From Candidatus Bathyarchaeota archaeon (GTDB lineage: Archaea > Thermoproteota > Bathyarchaeia > Bathyarchaeales > Bathycorpusculaceae), in the NCBI GenBank assembly GCA_963775895.1, contig CAVZKL010000022.1:1-64000 (forward strand): a DNA stretch of 64,000 bases. The letters are read 5' to 3'. The stretch's first letter is position 1, and each line of letters starts with the position of its first letter. Positions 1 to 10,353 of this stretch are shown here, piece after piece. The position numbers were made by a program, and so were the translations under genes. The notes under the pieces are model-generated. The model saw only the letters and a list, made by a program, of their open reading frames with translations. It was not told the DNA's origin and did no database searches.

Positions 1-2104
1 TTGCCATCAGCTTCTCTTCACGGGTTTTCTATTCTGACGAGCTGTATCGGAAGTGATATTTTCTTCGCTTTCGTCCAAGAAGTCTCTAATCTCTTCGTCG
101 AAGCATTCGGATTGAAATCTTCACTTTGCTTTTTTTTTTTTTTTTTTTTTTTTTTTTGTTTTGAACCTATGCTGGAATAGTTTGGAGCCAGATAACTCCA
201 CCAGATATATGTCTGTCACGTTTGCGGTCCTTTCGAAGTGTTCTCTTGCAGCTTCGGTAAATCCCGTTTTTCACGACGGTTGGCTTTGTCCTCTCGATCT
301 CGCCCCAAGCCTCCATGTAGAGCGTGTAGTTTTTGTAGAAGTGTTTTTAGTGGGAGACTTCTCCCCTACGAGCTGAGAAGTTTTGGAGGAAAGCTAAAAG
401 TTTTCTGCGGCTTTGGCGGTTAGTCACCACGAAGGTCGAGGAGCCTAGCTGCTTTCCAGTAGGCTTCGGCTCTTCGGCTGGGCATTCCAGCCTTCTGAAA
501 CAATTCGGCGGCACTTTCGTCGGCTTCGATTGCCCTGTCGATCACTTTCTCGTCTTTTGTGAGTGAATAGAGTTGGGCAAGGACGCGATTGAACCAATCG
601 TGGAACCAGCCGAGAACTGTAGTTTCTTGGCGCGGGAACGATGTCTTTTTTCATGTATGTCTTGCATATTTCTATGTATTTTTCCATGCGTTGAACGGCT
701 TCTTCAAGAAGACGCTCTTCTTGTCCTCATCTTTTTCGAGTTCAGCCAAGTCAGTGTTTATCAACGCTAGGTAATTTTGGAATACGCCGTTGTCCCAGTT
801 GTCAGGCCGATTTAGGTGATCGGATATCTTGATGGTTTTCTCCCTGAGATCAGCGCCTCGATAAGTAGTTTCTTTTTGTCATCGGCATTCTTCTCAGTTT
901 CAGAAAGAAAAAGCGTAGCCTTGCTGAGAGAATGCGAAACAGCTGATATGGACTGTTCAGAACCAGAGAGCTCAGCGTATTCTGAGCCTTTCAAGCCGAC
1001 GTTGACGGCTTCTTCCAATAGGGCACGCTTTTTGTCGAGACCGGTTTCAAGCTCTGCCAGCTTGATGTTGTTTTCGACAAGTGCCTGGTACGCATCAGCG
1101 ACCCTGTCGTAGCGACTAACTATCAGGAAATGGGTGATGGATTCTTTGGCGAATTCTATGGCCAGTTTGTGCTTTTCTTTTAGCCTGTCTGGGTCCTCTT
1201 CTGTCGTGGCTAACCAGTTCGCTACGAAACTCTTTATGTAGTATGCCATACCGATCAAAGAGTGATCTTTAGACTTCTGACCCTGTTGAAGGTACTCTTC
1301 CACGTACTTCGATACAGCTTGCCAATCTCCTTTGATAAAGGAACTGTTTCCGCCAAGCGCTGCGTACACGAAGTAAAGAAGGTAGGCATCTTCCGTTTTT
1401 TCTGAAAGACTTAGGGCTTTTTCCAAGTAACTCGGAATGGTTGACAGTAACTCTGTTCTTCTTTCCTCAAAGAAATCGAACCAATAGATCTGGAAATATG
1501 ACGTCATGGTATAAGTCCATGCCTGCTCTTTTATCCCCAAATCCTTAGAGAGTTTTGAGATGGCATTCTGACCATATTTCACGGCCTCTTCGGCGATGTT
1601 TTTGCGTCTATGCCAGTCTCCTTCCAGGGCATCTCTGTCGATGAGGCAGAATGACAATCCATGAAAAGCTTTGCAGTAGTCTATCACGTCTTCGGCGGAA
1701 TCAAAAACCTCAAGTGCTTCTTTCATCAATCTTGAGCAATCGTCTAATGAAGCTCTTTTCTGAGTGAAATCATCGATTGACCAGAAATCGGAATACTTGG
1801 CCATAGCCCTGCAGTACAGACTTTTCCCAGGGCTGATCTTCTGCAGCAATTCTGCAGCATGCTCATAAGACTCAGCGGACAGTCGCATACGCTTTTTAAA
1901 CTCTTCAGCACTGTCCGCTTGAAAGGCAGCTCGGAACGAAGTTCGACCGATCTGCTCGTGAAACTCACCTCTCTTCAAGCAGTCTGATTCAGGCAGAAGT
2001 TTCAAGACTGCATCATAAGACACAGCAGCTCCTGTCCAATCGTACTCTTTTTCCTGCATCGCTGCCCGATTCAGAATTGACTCTGCGCTCAACGGTTCCG
2101 GCAT
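1..2104 (-). pseudogene. Left-arm partial, frameshifted copy of the large TPR/alpha-solenoid gene
   Basis: ORF 812..2104 matches the N-terminus of 7000..8966. It degrades toward the window edge with indels and a poly-T at 130-157. Confidence 0.85.
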
Positions 2105-2220
2105 AAGAGCTTGCCCCTAGAAGGTAACTATCAAGTCTCTGAAAAGGCTTTTCATGAATCATAAAATTCCGATAGTAACAAAAACTATTAAGTAGCTTAG
2201 TTCAAAATGTAGTGTCTCAT

Positions 2221-2974
2221 ATGAACTTTGACGCAATTGCTCTGACTGTTATTACTTGTTTCTCAACCATGTTTGGAGGTATCTTTGCAGCAAGATATAG
2301 GAAAAAACATTGGAATTCTTGGGGCTTTTGCGGCAGGTGTGTTGATTACTACTTCCTTGCTCGACATATTGCCACAGACTTTCAAGCTTGCTCAATCCGC
2401 CAATGTGCTTCTTGAAGATGTTATGGCTCTCACAGTTGTTGGATTCCTTTTCCTCTACATCATTTCCAGATTGATAAGTGAGCATGTTTTCAGCAAAGAT
2501 GGTGAATACATTGAAGTTAAACATCCTTTCGGTGGAGTTTTTGCAACATCAGAACTTTCGGTTCACAGTTTCATAGATGGCTTGGCAATTGGGTTTGGTC
2601 TGGAAGCAGACATTCATGTTGGGATTATAATTGCATTTGCTGTCATATGCCATGACTTCACTGATGGACTCAGTACAGTTACCGTAATGCTGAATTCTGG
2701 CAACTCACTGAGGAATTCTCTAAGGATGTTGTTCTTGGATGCCATTGCTCCAGTCTTAGGAGCAGTTGTCACACTTTTCCTTCAATTGCCACCGTATTAC
2801 ATAGTCCTACTTCTGCCTTTCTTTGCAGGTGGTTTTCTGTATCTAGGGGCAAGTGACCTCTTACCACAAGCGCATGAAGAGAATCCTCCAACACTTACAG
2901 TAATCACGTGCACAGCTGGATTCGTATTGATATTCATCCTGACTCTCATCCTGACCGGAGTGTTGAACATGTAG
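2221..2974 (+). CDS. ZIP-family metal transporter, left-arm copy, frameshift near 2305
   Basis: HSFIDG and CHDFTDG motifs, about 8 hydrophobic helices; mirror of 6134..6886. Confidence 0.85.
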
Positions 2975-3294
2975 CGCGCAAGCTTGTTCCCTAAAATGGT
3001 GCGAAAAGGGTTAGATCTCTTCAAGAGCTTAAGCCACTTCTGAAGCTTGAATCTGAATAGAGATCAGGAGAAAGCACGAAGATAGAAGGGGAATGAGAGC
3101 AGCTTTAGACCTTTTCGAACAGCCAGCGTGCGCTGCTATGAGTGTAATTAGTGAAGGAAAAAATCCTTGACTGGGAACGTGTGTGGAAGCGAAAAGCCTA
3201 AAATACCTAATGTTATATATATCTAACATAATGTCAGTAAAAACAAAATAAAAAGTTATTATGAACTAAATAAAAAACAGAAGGGGGCCAAAAT

Positions 3295-3700
3295 ATGAAA
3301 GACAAATTAGTAAATGGCACTCGGATTGCTGGTAGCAGTCTTGGTAATTGTGTCACTTGCAGCTCACTCTATGTTCTGAGTGCAAGCGGCTATGCGGAAA
3401 TTAGCTCCTGCAGAAATAGTCACAAGTTCCTGGTTGCATTCTCCTCAACATCCTGTGGGAGAGAGTCAGGTTCTGTTTCAAAAGGATTGCCTGCAAAGGA
3501 TGAAAGACTAGAAAAAATAAACTATAAGGGAGGATATTACGGGTTCATTGCGGCTATTTGGAGTGCTGTCGGTGGTCCACTCCTCGTAGATGTCCTCTTT
3601 GCGTGAATTTGAAGACCACCTGGTCACTGCGGTTGTAGTGATCGTCTCGGGATTTGTGTTTGCCGTTTCATATCTGTACCTGTCCCGGAAGGGGAACTAG
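3295..3700 (+). pseudogene. Left-arm frameshifted copy of the DUF2178-like membrane protein
   Basis: Mirror of 5418..5822 with several indels. Confidence 0.8.
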
Positions 3701-3702
3701 GC

Positions 3703-3899
3703 GTGAAGACGAGGATTAAGGAGCTCAGAGCCAGGTATAACCTTACTCAAGAAGATCTCGCGAAGAAAATTGGAGTGCGGAGAGAGACTATCCTCTTCAT
3801 AGAAAGGGAAACTATAATCCTTCGTTGAAATTGGCACACGACATTGCGAAAGCCTTGCAGACAACGATTGATGACTTGTTCATCTTTGAAGACGCTTAG
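3703..3899 (+). pseudogene. Left-arm copy of the Xre/Cro HTH regulator (1-nt deletion)
   Basis: Mirror of 5218..5415. Confidence 0.8.
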
Positions 3900-3919
3900 C
3901 GCGCGCTAGGCGATTGGGC

Positions 3920-4577
3920 TTATTTCGCGAGTCTTCTGGTTATCAGTTTCCTTGTTTCCTCGGCAAGAACGACTATTCCGGCGATGAGTGCTAGGAACGC
4001 CCAGTCCCATGGGCCAGGCCGGTGGTGCCGAAGAAGTACTGCAGTACCGGAATGTAGACTATCGCGGATATCAGGGATATCTGTGATGCTATTCCGAGCC
4101 ATATCCACTTGTTGCTCTTTATGCTCGTGCTGAATATTGATGCTTTGCTGGTTCTGGACGCGAGCACGTTGCCCACTTGCCGATGACTATTCCCGTAAAG
4201 GTCCTCGTTGTTCCCTTAACGTAAGCGATGTTGCTGGGGCCCTGTGACATTCCAAGGTGCCATCCGCCTGCCTGCCATGCCATGAAGCAGCCGATCATGG
4301 CTCCAGTGGCTATGATGACTCCGATGTAGAGAGATCGGAAGAACACTCCCGTGCTGAAGAGTCGTTCTTTGATTCCTCTTGGTCTTTCTTCCATTATGCC
4401 GGCTTCTGGTGGCTCTCGGCTCAAGGCCAGGGAGGGAATGACGTCTAGACCCAAGTCAATGGCTAGGACTTGCTGGACGAGAAGTGGAAGAGGTATTCCC
4501 AACACGGCAAAGAGCACGTAGGGAACCAGTTCAGCCCAGTTGTGTGCGAAGACGTAAACGATGAATTTTCTTAGGTT
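3920..4577 (-). pseudogene. C-terminal fragment (about TM5-TM10) of a type II cation-transporting P-type ATPase
   Basis: ENLRKFIVYVFAHNWAELVPY, QVLAIDLGLDVIPSLALSREPPE and EETRK are typical P2-ATPase C-terminal motifs. The gene is truncated at the fold-back centre. Confidence 0.88.
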
Positions 4578-5197
4578 TTCGCACACAACTGGGCTGAACT
4601 GGTTCCCTACGTGCTCTTTGCCGTGTTGGGAATACCTCTTCCACTTCTCGTCCAGCAAGTCCTAGCCATTGACTTGGGTCTACAACTCATTCCCTCCCTG
4701 GCCTTGAGCCGAGAGCCACCAGAAGCCGGCATAATGGAAGAAAGACCAAGAGGAATGAGACGACTCGTCGCACGGGAGTGTTCTTCCGATCTACTCTACA
4801 TCGGAGTGATGACAGCCACTGGAGCCATGATCGGCTGCTTCATGGCATGGCAGGCAGGCGGATGGCAGCTTGCAATGTCACAGGTCCCCAGCAACATCGC
4901 TTAGGTTAAGGGAAAAACGATGACCTTTGCGGAATAGTCATCGCGCAAGTGGCAACGTACTGGCGTCAGAACCAGCAAAGCGTCAATATTCAGCACGAGC
5001 ATCAAGAGCAACAAGTGGATATGGCTCGGAATAGCATCACAGATATCCCTGATATCCGCGATAGTCTACATTCCGGTACTGCAGTACTTCTTCGCACCAC
5101 CTCGCCCGATGGGACTGGGCGTTCCTAGCACTCATCGCCGGAATAGTCGTTCTTACCGAGGACAAGGAAACTGATAACCAGAAGACTCGCGAAATAA
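4578..5197 (+). pseudogene. Mirror copy of the P-type ATPase C-terminal fragment, with many indels
   Basis: Reverse complement of 3920-4550. Confidence 0.85.
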
Positions 5198-5217
5198 GCC
5201 CAATCGCCTAGCGCGCG

Positions 5218-5415
5218 CTAAGCGTCTTCAAAGATGAACAAGTTATCAATCGTTGTCTGCAAGGCTTTCGCAATGTCGTGTGCCAATTTCAACAAAGGAT
5301 TATAGTTTCCCTTTTCTATGAAGAGGATAGTCTCTCTCCGCACTCCAATTTTCTTCGCGAGATCTTCCTGAGTAAGGTTATACCTGGCTCTGAGCTCCTT
5401 AATCCTCGTCTTCAC
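5218..5415 (-). CDS. Xre/Cro-C1 HTH transcriptional regulator
   Basis: 65 aa, [30 protein letters not shown]_3 signature. Confidence 0.92.
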   Translation of the reverse strand: MKTRIKELRARYNLTQEDLAKKIGVRRETILFIEKGNYNPLLKLAHDIAKALQTTIDNLFIFEDA

Positions 5416-5417
5416 GC

Positions 5418-5822
5418 CTAGTTCCCCTTCCGGGACAGGTACAGATATGAAACGGCAAACACAAATCCCGAGACGATCACTACAACCGCAGTGACCAGGT
5501 GGCCTTCAAGTTCACGGCCAAAGAGGACATCTACGAGGAGTGGACCACCAACAGCGCTCCAAATTGCCGCAATGAACCCGTAATATCCTGCCTTGTAGTT
5601 TATTTTTTCTAGTCTTTCATCCTTTGCAGGCAATCCTTTTGAAACGTTCCTGACTCTGTCCCACAGGATGTATAAGGAGAATGCAACCAGAACTGTCACT
5701 ATTACTGCAGGAGCTAATTCCGCATAGCCGATTGCACCTGAGAACATTAAGTAGGCTGCAAGTGACACAATCACCAAGACTGCTACCAGCAATCCCAGTG
5801 CTATTACTAATTTGTCTTTCAT
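5418..5822 (-). CDS. Small membrane protein (DUF2178-like) in an operon with the HTH gene
   Basis: Four hydrophobic segments and a [13 protein letters not shown] motif. Start taken at MKDKLV, which follows a GGGGTGA SD. Confidence 0.75.
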   Translation of the reverse strand: MKDKLVIALGLLVAVLVIVSLAAYLMFSGAIGYAELAPAVIVTVLVAFSLYILWDRVRNVSKGLPAKDERLEKINYKAGYYGFIAAIWSAVGGPLLVDVLFGRELEGHLVTAVVVIVSGFVFAVSYLYLSRKGN

Positions 5823-5842
5823 ATTTTTCACCCCTTCTTGTT

Positions 5843-5903
5843 TGTTAGTTAGTAATAACTTTTTATTTGTTTTTACTAACATTATGTTAGATATATATAA
5901 CAT
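5843..5903 (-). promoter_or_regulatory. Palindromic operators overlapping the promoter of the DUF2178-HTH operon
   Basis: ATGTTA-N8-TAACAT at 5884-5903, CTAACATTATGTTAG at 5876-5890, and a degenerate TGTTA-N8-TAAC near 5843-5859. Confidence 0.6.
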
Positions 5904-6133
5904 TAGGTATTTAGGCTTTTCGCTTCCACACACGTTCCAGTACAAGATTTCCTTCACTGACGCGCTCATAGCAGCGCACGCTGGCTGTTCGAAAAGGTCT
6001 AAAGTTGCTCTCATTCCCCTTCTAGTCTTCGTACTTTCTCCTGATCTCTATTCGGATTCAAGCTTCAGAAGTGACTCAAGCGCTTGGAACAGAATTGACC
6101 CTTTTTTCACCATTTAGGGAACAAGCATGCGCG

Positions 6134-6886
6134 CTACATCTTCAGCACTCTGGTCAGGATGAAAGTCAGGAAGAATATCAGTACGAATCCAGCTGTGCAC
6201 GTGATTACCGTAAGTGTTGTGGGATTCTCTTCATGTGCTTGCGGTAAGAGATCGCTTGCCCCCAGATACAGAAAACCACCTGCAAAGAAAGGCAGAAGCA
6301 ACACGATGTAATACGATGGCAATTGAAGGAAAAGTGTGACAACTGCTCCTAAGATTGGAGCAATTGCATCCAAGAACAGCATCCTCAGAGAATTCCTCAG
6401 TGAGTTGCCAGAATTCAGCATTACGGTAACCGTGCTGAGTCCATCGGTGAAGTCATGACAAATGACGGCAAACGCAATTATGATCCCAACATGAATGTCC
6501 GCTTCCAGACCGAACCCAATTGCCAAGCCATCTATAAAACTGTGAACCGAAAGCTCTGACGTTGCAAAAACTCCACCGATAGGATGCTTAACCTCAACGT
6601 ATTCACCATCCTTGCTGAAAACATGCTCACTTATCGACCTAGAAACGATATAGAGAAAAAGGAATCCAACAACCGTCAGAGCCATTACATCTTCAAGAAG
6701 CACATTGGCGGATTGAGCAAGCGTGAAAGTCTGTGGCAATATGTCGAGCAAAGAAGTAGTGATCAAAACACCTGCAGCAAAAGCCCCAAGAATTCCTATG
6801 CTTCTCCTATATCTTGCTGCAAAGACACCTCCAAACATAGTTGAGAAACAGGTAATGACAGTCAGAATAATCGAGTCAAAGTTCAT
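6134..6886 (-). CDS. ZIP-family (ZupT-like) divalent metal transporter
   Basis: 250 aa with HSFIDG and HDFTDG metal-site motifs and AGGFLY...DLLP. Confidence 0.92.
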   Translation of the reverse strand: MNFDSIILTVITCFSTMFGGVFAARYRRSIGILGAFAAGVLITTSLLDILPQTFTLAQSANVLLEDVMALTVVGFLFLYIVSRSISEHVFSKDGEYVEVKHPIGGVFATSELSVHSFIDGLAIGFGLEADIHVGIIIAFAVICHDFTDGLSTVTVMLNSGNSLRNSLRMLFLDAIAPILGAVVTLFLQLPSYYIVLLLPFFAGGFLYLGASDLLPQAHEENPTTLTVITCTAGFVLIFFLTFILTRVLKM

Positions 6887-6999
6887 ATGAACACTAAGTT
6901 TTGGACTAAGCTACTTAACAGTTTTTGTAACTATCGGAATTTTGTGATTCATGAAAAGCCTTTTCAGAGACTTGACAGTTACCTTCTAGGGGCAATCTT

Positions 7000-9900
7000 A
7001 TGCCGGAACCGTTGAGCGCAGAGTCAATTCTGAATCGCGCAGCGATGCAGGAAAAAGAGTACGATTGGACAGTAGCTGCTATGTCTTACGATGCAGCCTT
7101 AAAACTCGCGCCTGAATCAGACTGCCTGAAGAGAGGTGAGCTCCACGAGCAAATCGGTAGAACCTCGTTCCGAGCTGCCTTTCAAGCCAACAGTGCTGAA
7201 AGAGTTTCAATAAGCGTATGCGACTGTCCGCTGAGTCTTATGAGCATGCTGCAGAATTGCTGCAGAAGATCAGCCCTGGGAAAAGTCTGCACTGCATGGC
7301 TATGGCCAAGTATTCCGATTTCTGGTCAATTGATGATTCCACCCAGAAAAGAGCTTCGTTAGAAGATTGCTTAAGATTGATGAAAGAAGCGCTTGAGGTT
7401 TTTGATTCCACCCAAGATTCGGTAGACTACTGCAAAGCTTTTCACGGATTGTCATTCTGCCTCATCGACAGAGATGCCTTGGAAGGAGACTGGCATGCAC
7501 GCAAAAACATCGCTGAAGAAGCCGTGAAATATGGCGAGAATGCCATCTCAAAACTCTCCGAAGATTTGGGAATAAAAGAGCAGGCATGGACCTATACCAT
7601 GACGTCATATTTCCAGATCTATTGGTTCGATTTCTTTGAGGAAAGAAGAACAGAGTTACTGTCAACCATTCCGAGTTACCTGGAAAAAGCCCAAAGGCTT
7701 TCAGAAAAAACGGAAGACGCATACCTTCTTTACTTCGTGTACGCAGCGCTTGGCGGAAACAGTGCCAATATCAAAGGAGATTGGCAAACCGCATCGAAAC
7801 AAGCGGAAGAGTGCCTTGAACAGGGTCTGAACTCTAAAGATCACTCTTTGATCGGTATGGCTTACTACATAAAGAGTTTCGTAACGAACTGGCTAGCTAC
7901 AACAGAAGAGGACCCAGACAGGCTGAAAGAAAAGCACAAACTGGCCATAGAATTCGCCAAAGAATCCATCACCCATTTTCTGATAGTCAGTCGCTACGAC
8001 AGAGTCGCTGATGCGTACCAGGCACTTGTCGAAAACAACATCAAGCTGGCAGAGCTTGAAACCAGCCTCGACAAAAAGCGTGCCTTATTGGAAGAAGCCA
8101 TCAACGCCGGCTTGAAAGGCTCACAATACGCTGATCGCTCTGGTTCTGAACAGTCCATATCAGCTGTTTCGCATTCTCTCGGCAAGGCTACGCTTTTTCT
8201 TTCTGAAATTGAGAAGAATACCGATGACAAAAAGAAACTACTCATGGAGGCACTACATCTCAGGGAGAAAACCATCAAGATATCAGATCACCTAAATCGC
8301 CCTGACAACTGGGACAACGGCGTATACCAAAACTACCTAGCGCTGATAAACGCTGACTTGGCTGAACTCGAACAAGACGAGGACAAGAAGAGACGTCTTC
8401 TTGAAGAAGCCGTTCAACGAATGGAGAAATGCATAGAAATATGCAAGACATACATGCAAAAAGACATCGTTCCTGCGCCAAGAAACTATGCAGTTCTAGG
8501 CTGGTTCCACGATTGGTTCAATCGCGTCCTTGCCCAACTCTATTCACTCACAAAAGACGAGAAAGTGATCGACAGAGCGATCGAAGCCAACGAAAGTGCC
8601 GCCGAAGTGTATCAGAAGGCTGGAATGCCCAGCCGAGTGGCCAAGCCTACTGGAAAACAGCTAGGCTCCTCGACCTTCGTGGTGAACACACCAAAGCCGC
8701 AGAAAACTTCCAGCTTGCCTCCAAAAACTATGAGCTCGTGGCGGAGAAGATCTCCCAGTTTAAAGACCTCTACAAAAACTACGCGCTCTACATGGAGGCT
8801 TGGGGCGAAATCGAGAGGGCAAGGAACCATCATGAAAAACAAGAATACGAAGCTGCAAGAGAACACTTCGAAAAAACCGCAAACATGCACGGACTACTCA
8901 GAGAGTGGAGTTATCTGGCTCCAAACTATTCCGCGTGGGCTCAAATCGAAAAAGCCGAGGAACTGAGCAGAAAAGAGCAAAGTGAAGATTCAATCCAAAT
9001 GTTCGAGCAGGGCCTCAAGCTCTTCAACGAGAGCAAAGAATCACTCCAGATACAGCTCATCAGGATTGAAAACCCTGAAGAGAAGCTGATGGCAACCAAC
9101 ATGATCAAGGCAACAGAAATCCGACAGAAATATTGCAAGGCCAGAATCGCCGTTGAAGAAGCAAAAATCCTCGACAAAAAAGGCGATCACTACTCCAGCT
9201 CCGAAAAGTACAAGTCAGCAGCAGACAACTTCGAGAAAATAAGCCAAGCATTAGATTCTGAACAAGAACGCAGAGAATTCAAACTCATCATCGGTCTCTC
9301 AAGAGCATGGCAGAAAATGACGTTTGCGGAGGCAGAAGCCTCGCCCTCGCTGTACGTGGAGGCATCCCAACTTTTCGAGCAAACCAAGGATTTCAGCCCA
9401 AACGAAAAAACAAAGATGCTACTCCTGGGCCACAGCCGTTTCTGCAGAGCACTGGAAGCAGGAACAAAATTCGCTGACACCCGAAACATGGAAACCTATT
9501 CTGAAGCAATAAAATCCCTGGAAAGCGCCGCCAACTACTACATAAGGGCAGGTTTCCCGAAAGCTTCCGAATACTCTGAAGCCACAAAACTGCTTCTCGA
9601 CGCTTACCTGCACATGGACAACGCAGCAAAAGAAAGCGATCCTGAAAGGAAGACCAAGCTTTACGCAATGGCGGAAAAGGTCTTGCAGACCTCGGCTGGC
9701 TCTTTCATGAGGGCGGAGCACCCGGAGAAGAGAGAACAGGTGCTGGGTTTGTTGGAAAAGATAAGAAAAGAACGAGAACTCGCCATATCCCTAACCGAAG
9801 TGCTGCACGCTCCTTCCATCGTCTCCGCAACAACCTCCTTCACGACTCCAACACCAACCCGCGAGGAAGCAGTGGGTTCAGAACGGTTTGAACACGCCGA

Positions 9901-10288
9901 CATACAAGCCAACCTGATAATCCGCCAGAAAGAACTGAAGATAGGCGAAAACCTCGAACTAGAAATAGAACTTGTCAACGCCGGAAAAGGCCCCGCGTTA
10001 CTCATCAAAGTCACGGAAATCATTCCCAACAGTTTTGAATTAGCCGAAAAACCCAACATCTACCGCGTAGAAGACAGCTATCTCAGCATGAAAGGAAAAC
10101 GACTCGACCCGCTGAAGACAGAAGAAGTAAGACTCGTGCTCAAGCCAAAAGTTCAAGGCGTGTTCTCCCTAAAACCAACAGTCCTCTATCTGGACGAGAA
10201 CGGCAAATACAAAGCACACATGCCAGAACCAATAAGCATAACCGTGAAAGAGTTGGGAATCAAAGGCTGGCTCAAAGGAGAAAGATAA
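7000..10288 (+). CDS. Large TPR/alpha-solenoid protein (about 1090 aa) with a C-terminal Ig-like beta domain; split by frameshifts near 7200 and 8640
   Basis: ORFs 7000..7362, 7218..8966 and 8429..10288 overlap in successive frames. Helical repeats are followed by a beta-rich tail (ELEIELVNAGKGPA...LKPTVLYLD). The left-arm copy reads through the first shift. Confidence 0.8.
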
Positions 10289-10353
10289 CGGCCAAACCAG
10301 TTCTGCAGAAATCACGTAGCGTGCGCTCCCAACCAACGATCCACGGCAGTGAC

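Larger units (their letters stand above)
1..9095. repeat. Large inverted repeat: left arm 1-4550, 27-nt spacer 4551-4577, right arm 4578-9095
   Basis: Position 1 (ttgccatcagcttctcttca) is the reverse complement of about 9076-9095. The arms meet at tgtgtgcgaa(4550)/ttcgcacaca(4578). The same genes appear mirrored in both arms. Confidence 0.97.

Noticed and set aside
130-157. Poly-T tract as a terminator or phase-variation site
   Set aside because: The mirror arm has ordinary coding sequence here (about 8945-8975), so this is probably a base-calling artefact.
4551-4577. Hairpin telomere of a linear replicon
   Set aside because: The spacer is plain ATPase coding sequence (ENLRKFIVYV), no protelomerase is visible, and the flanks are chromosomal genes.
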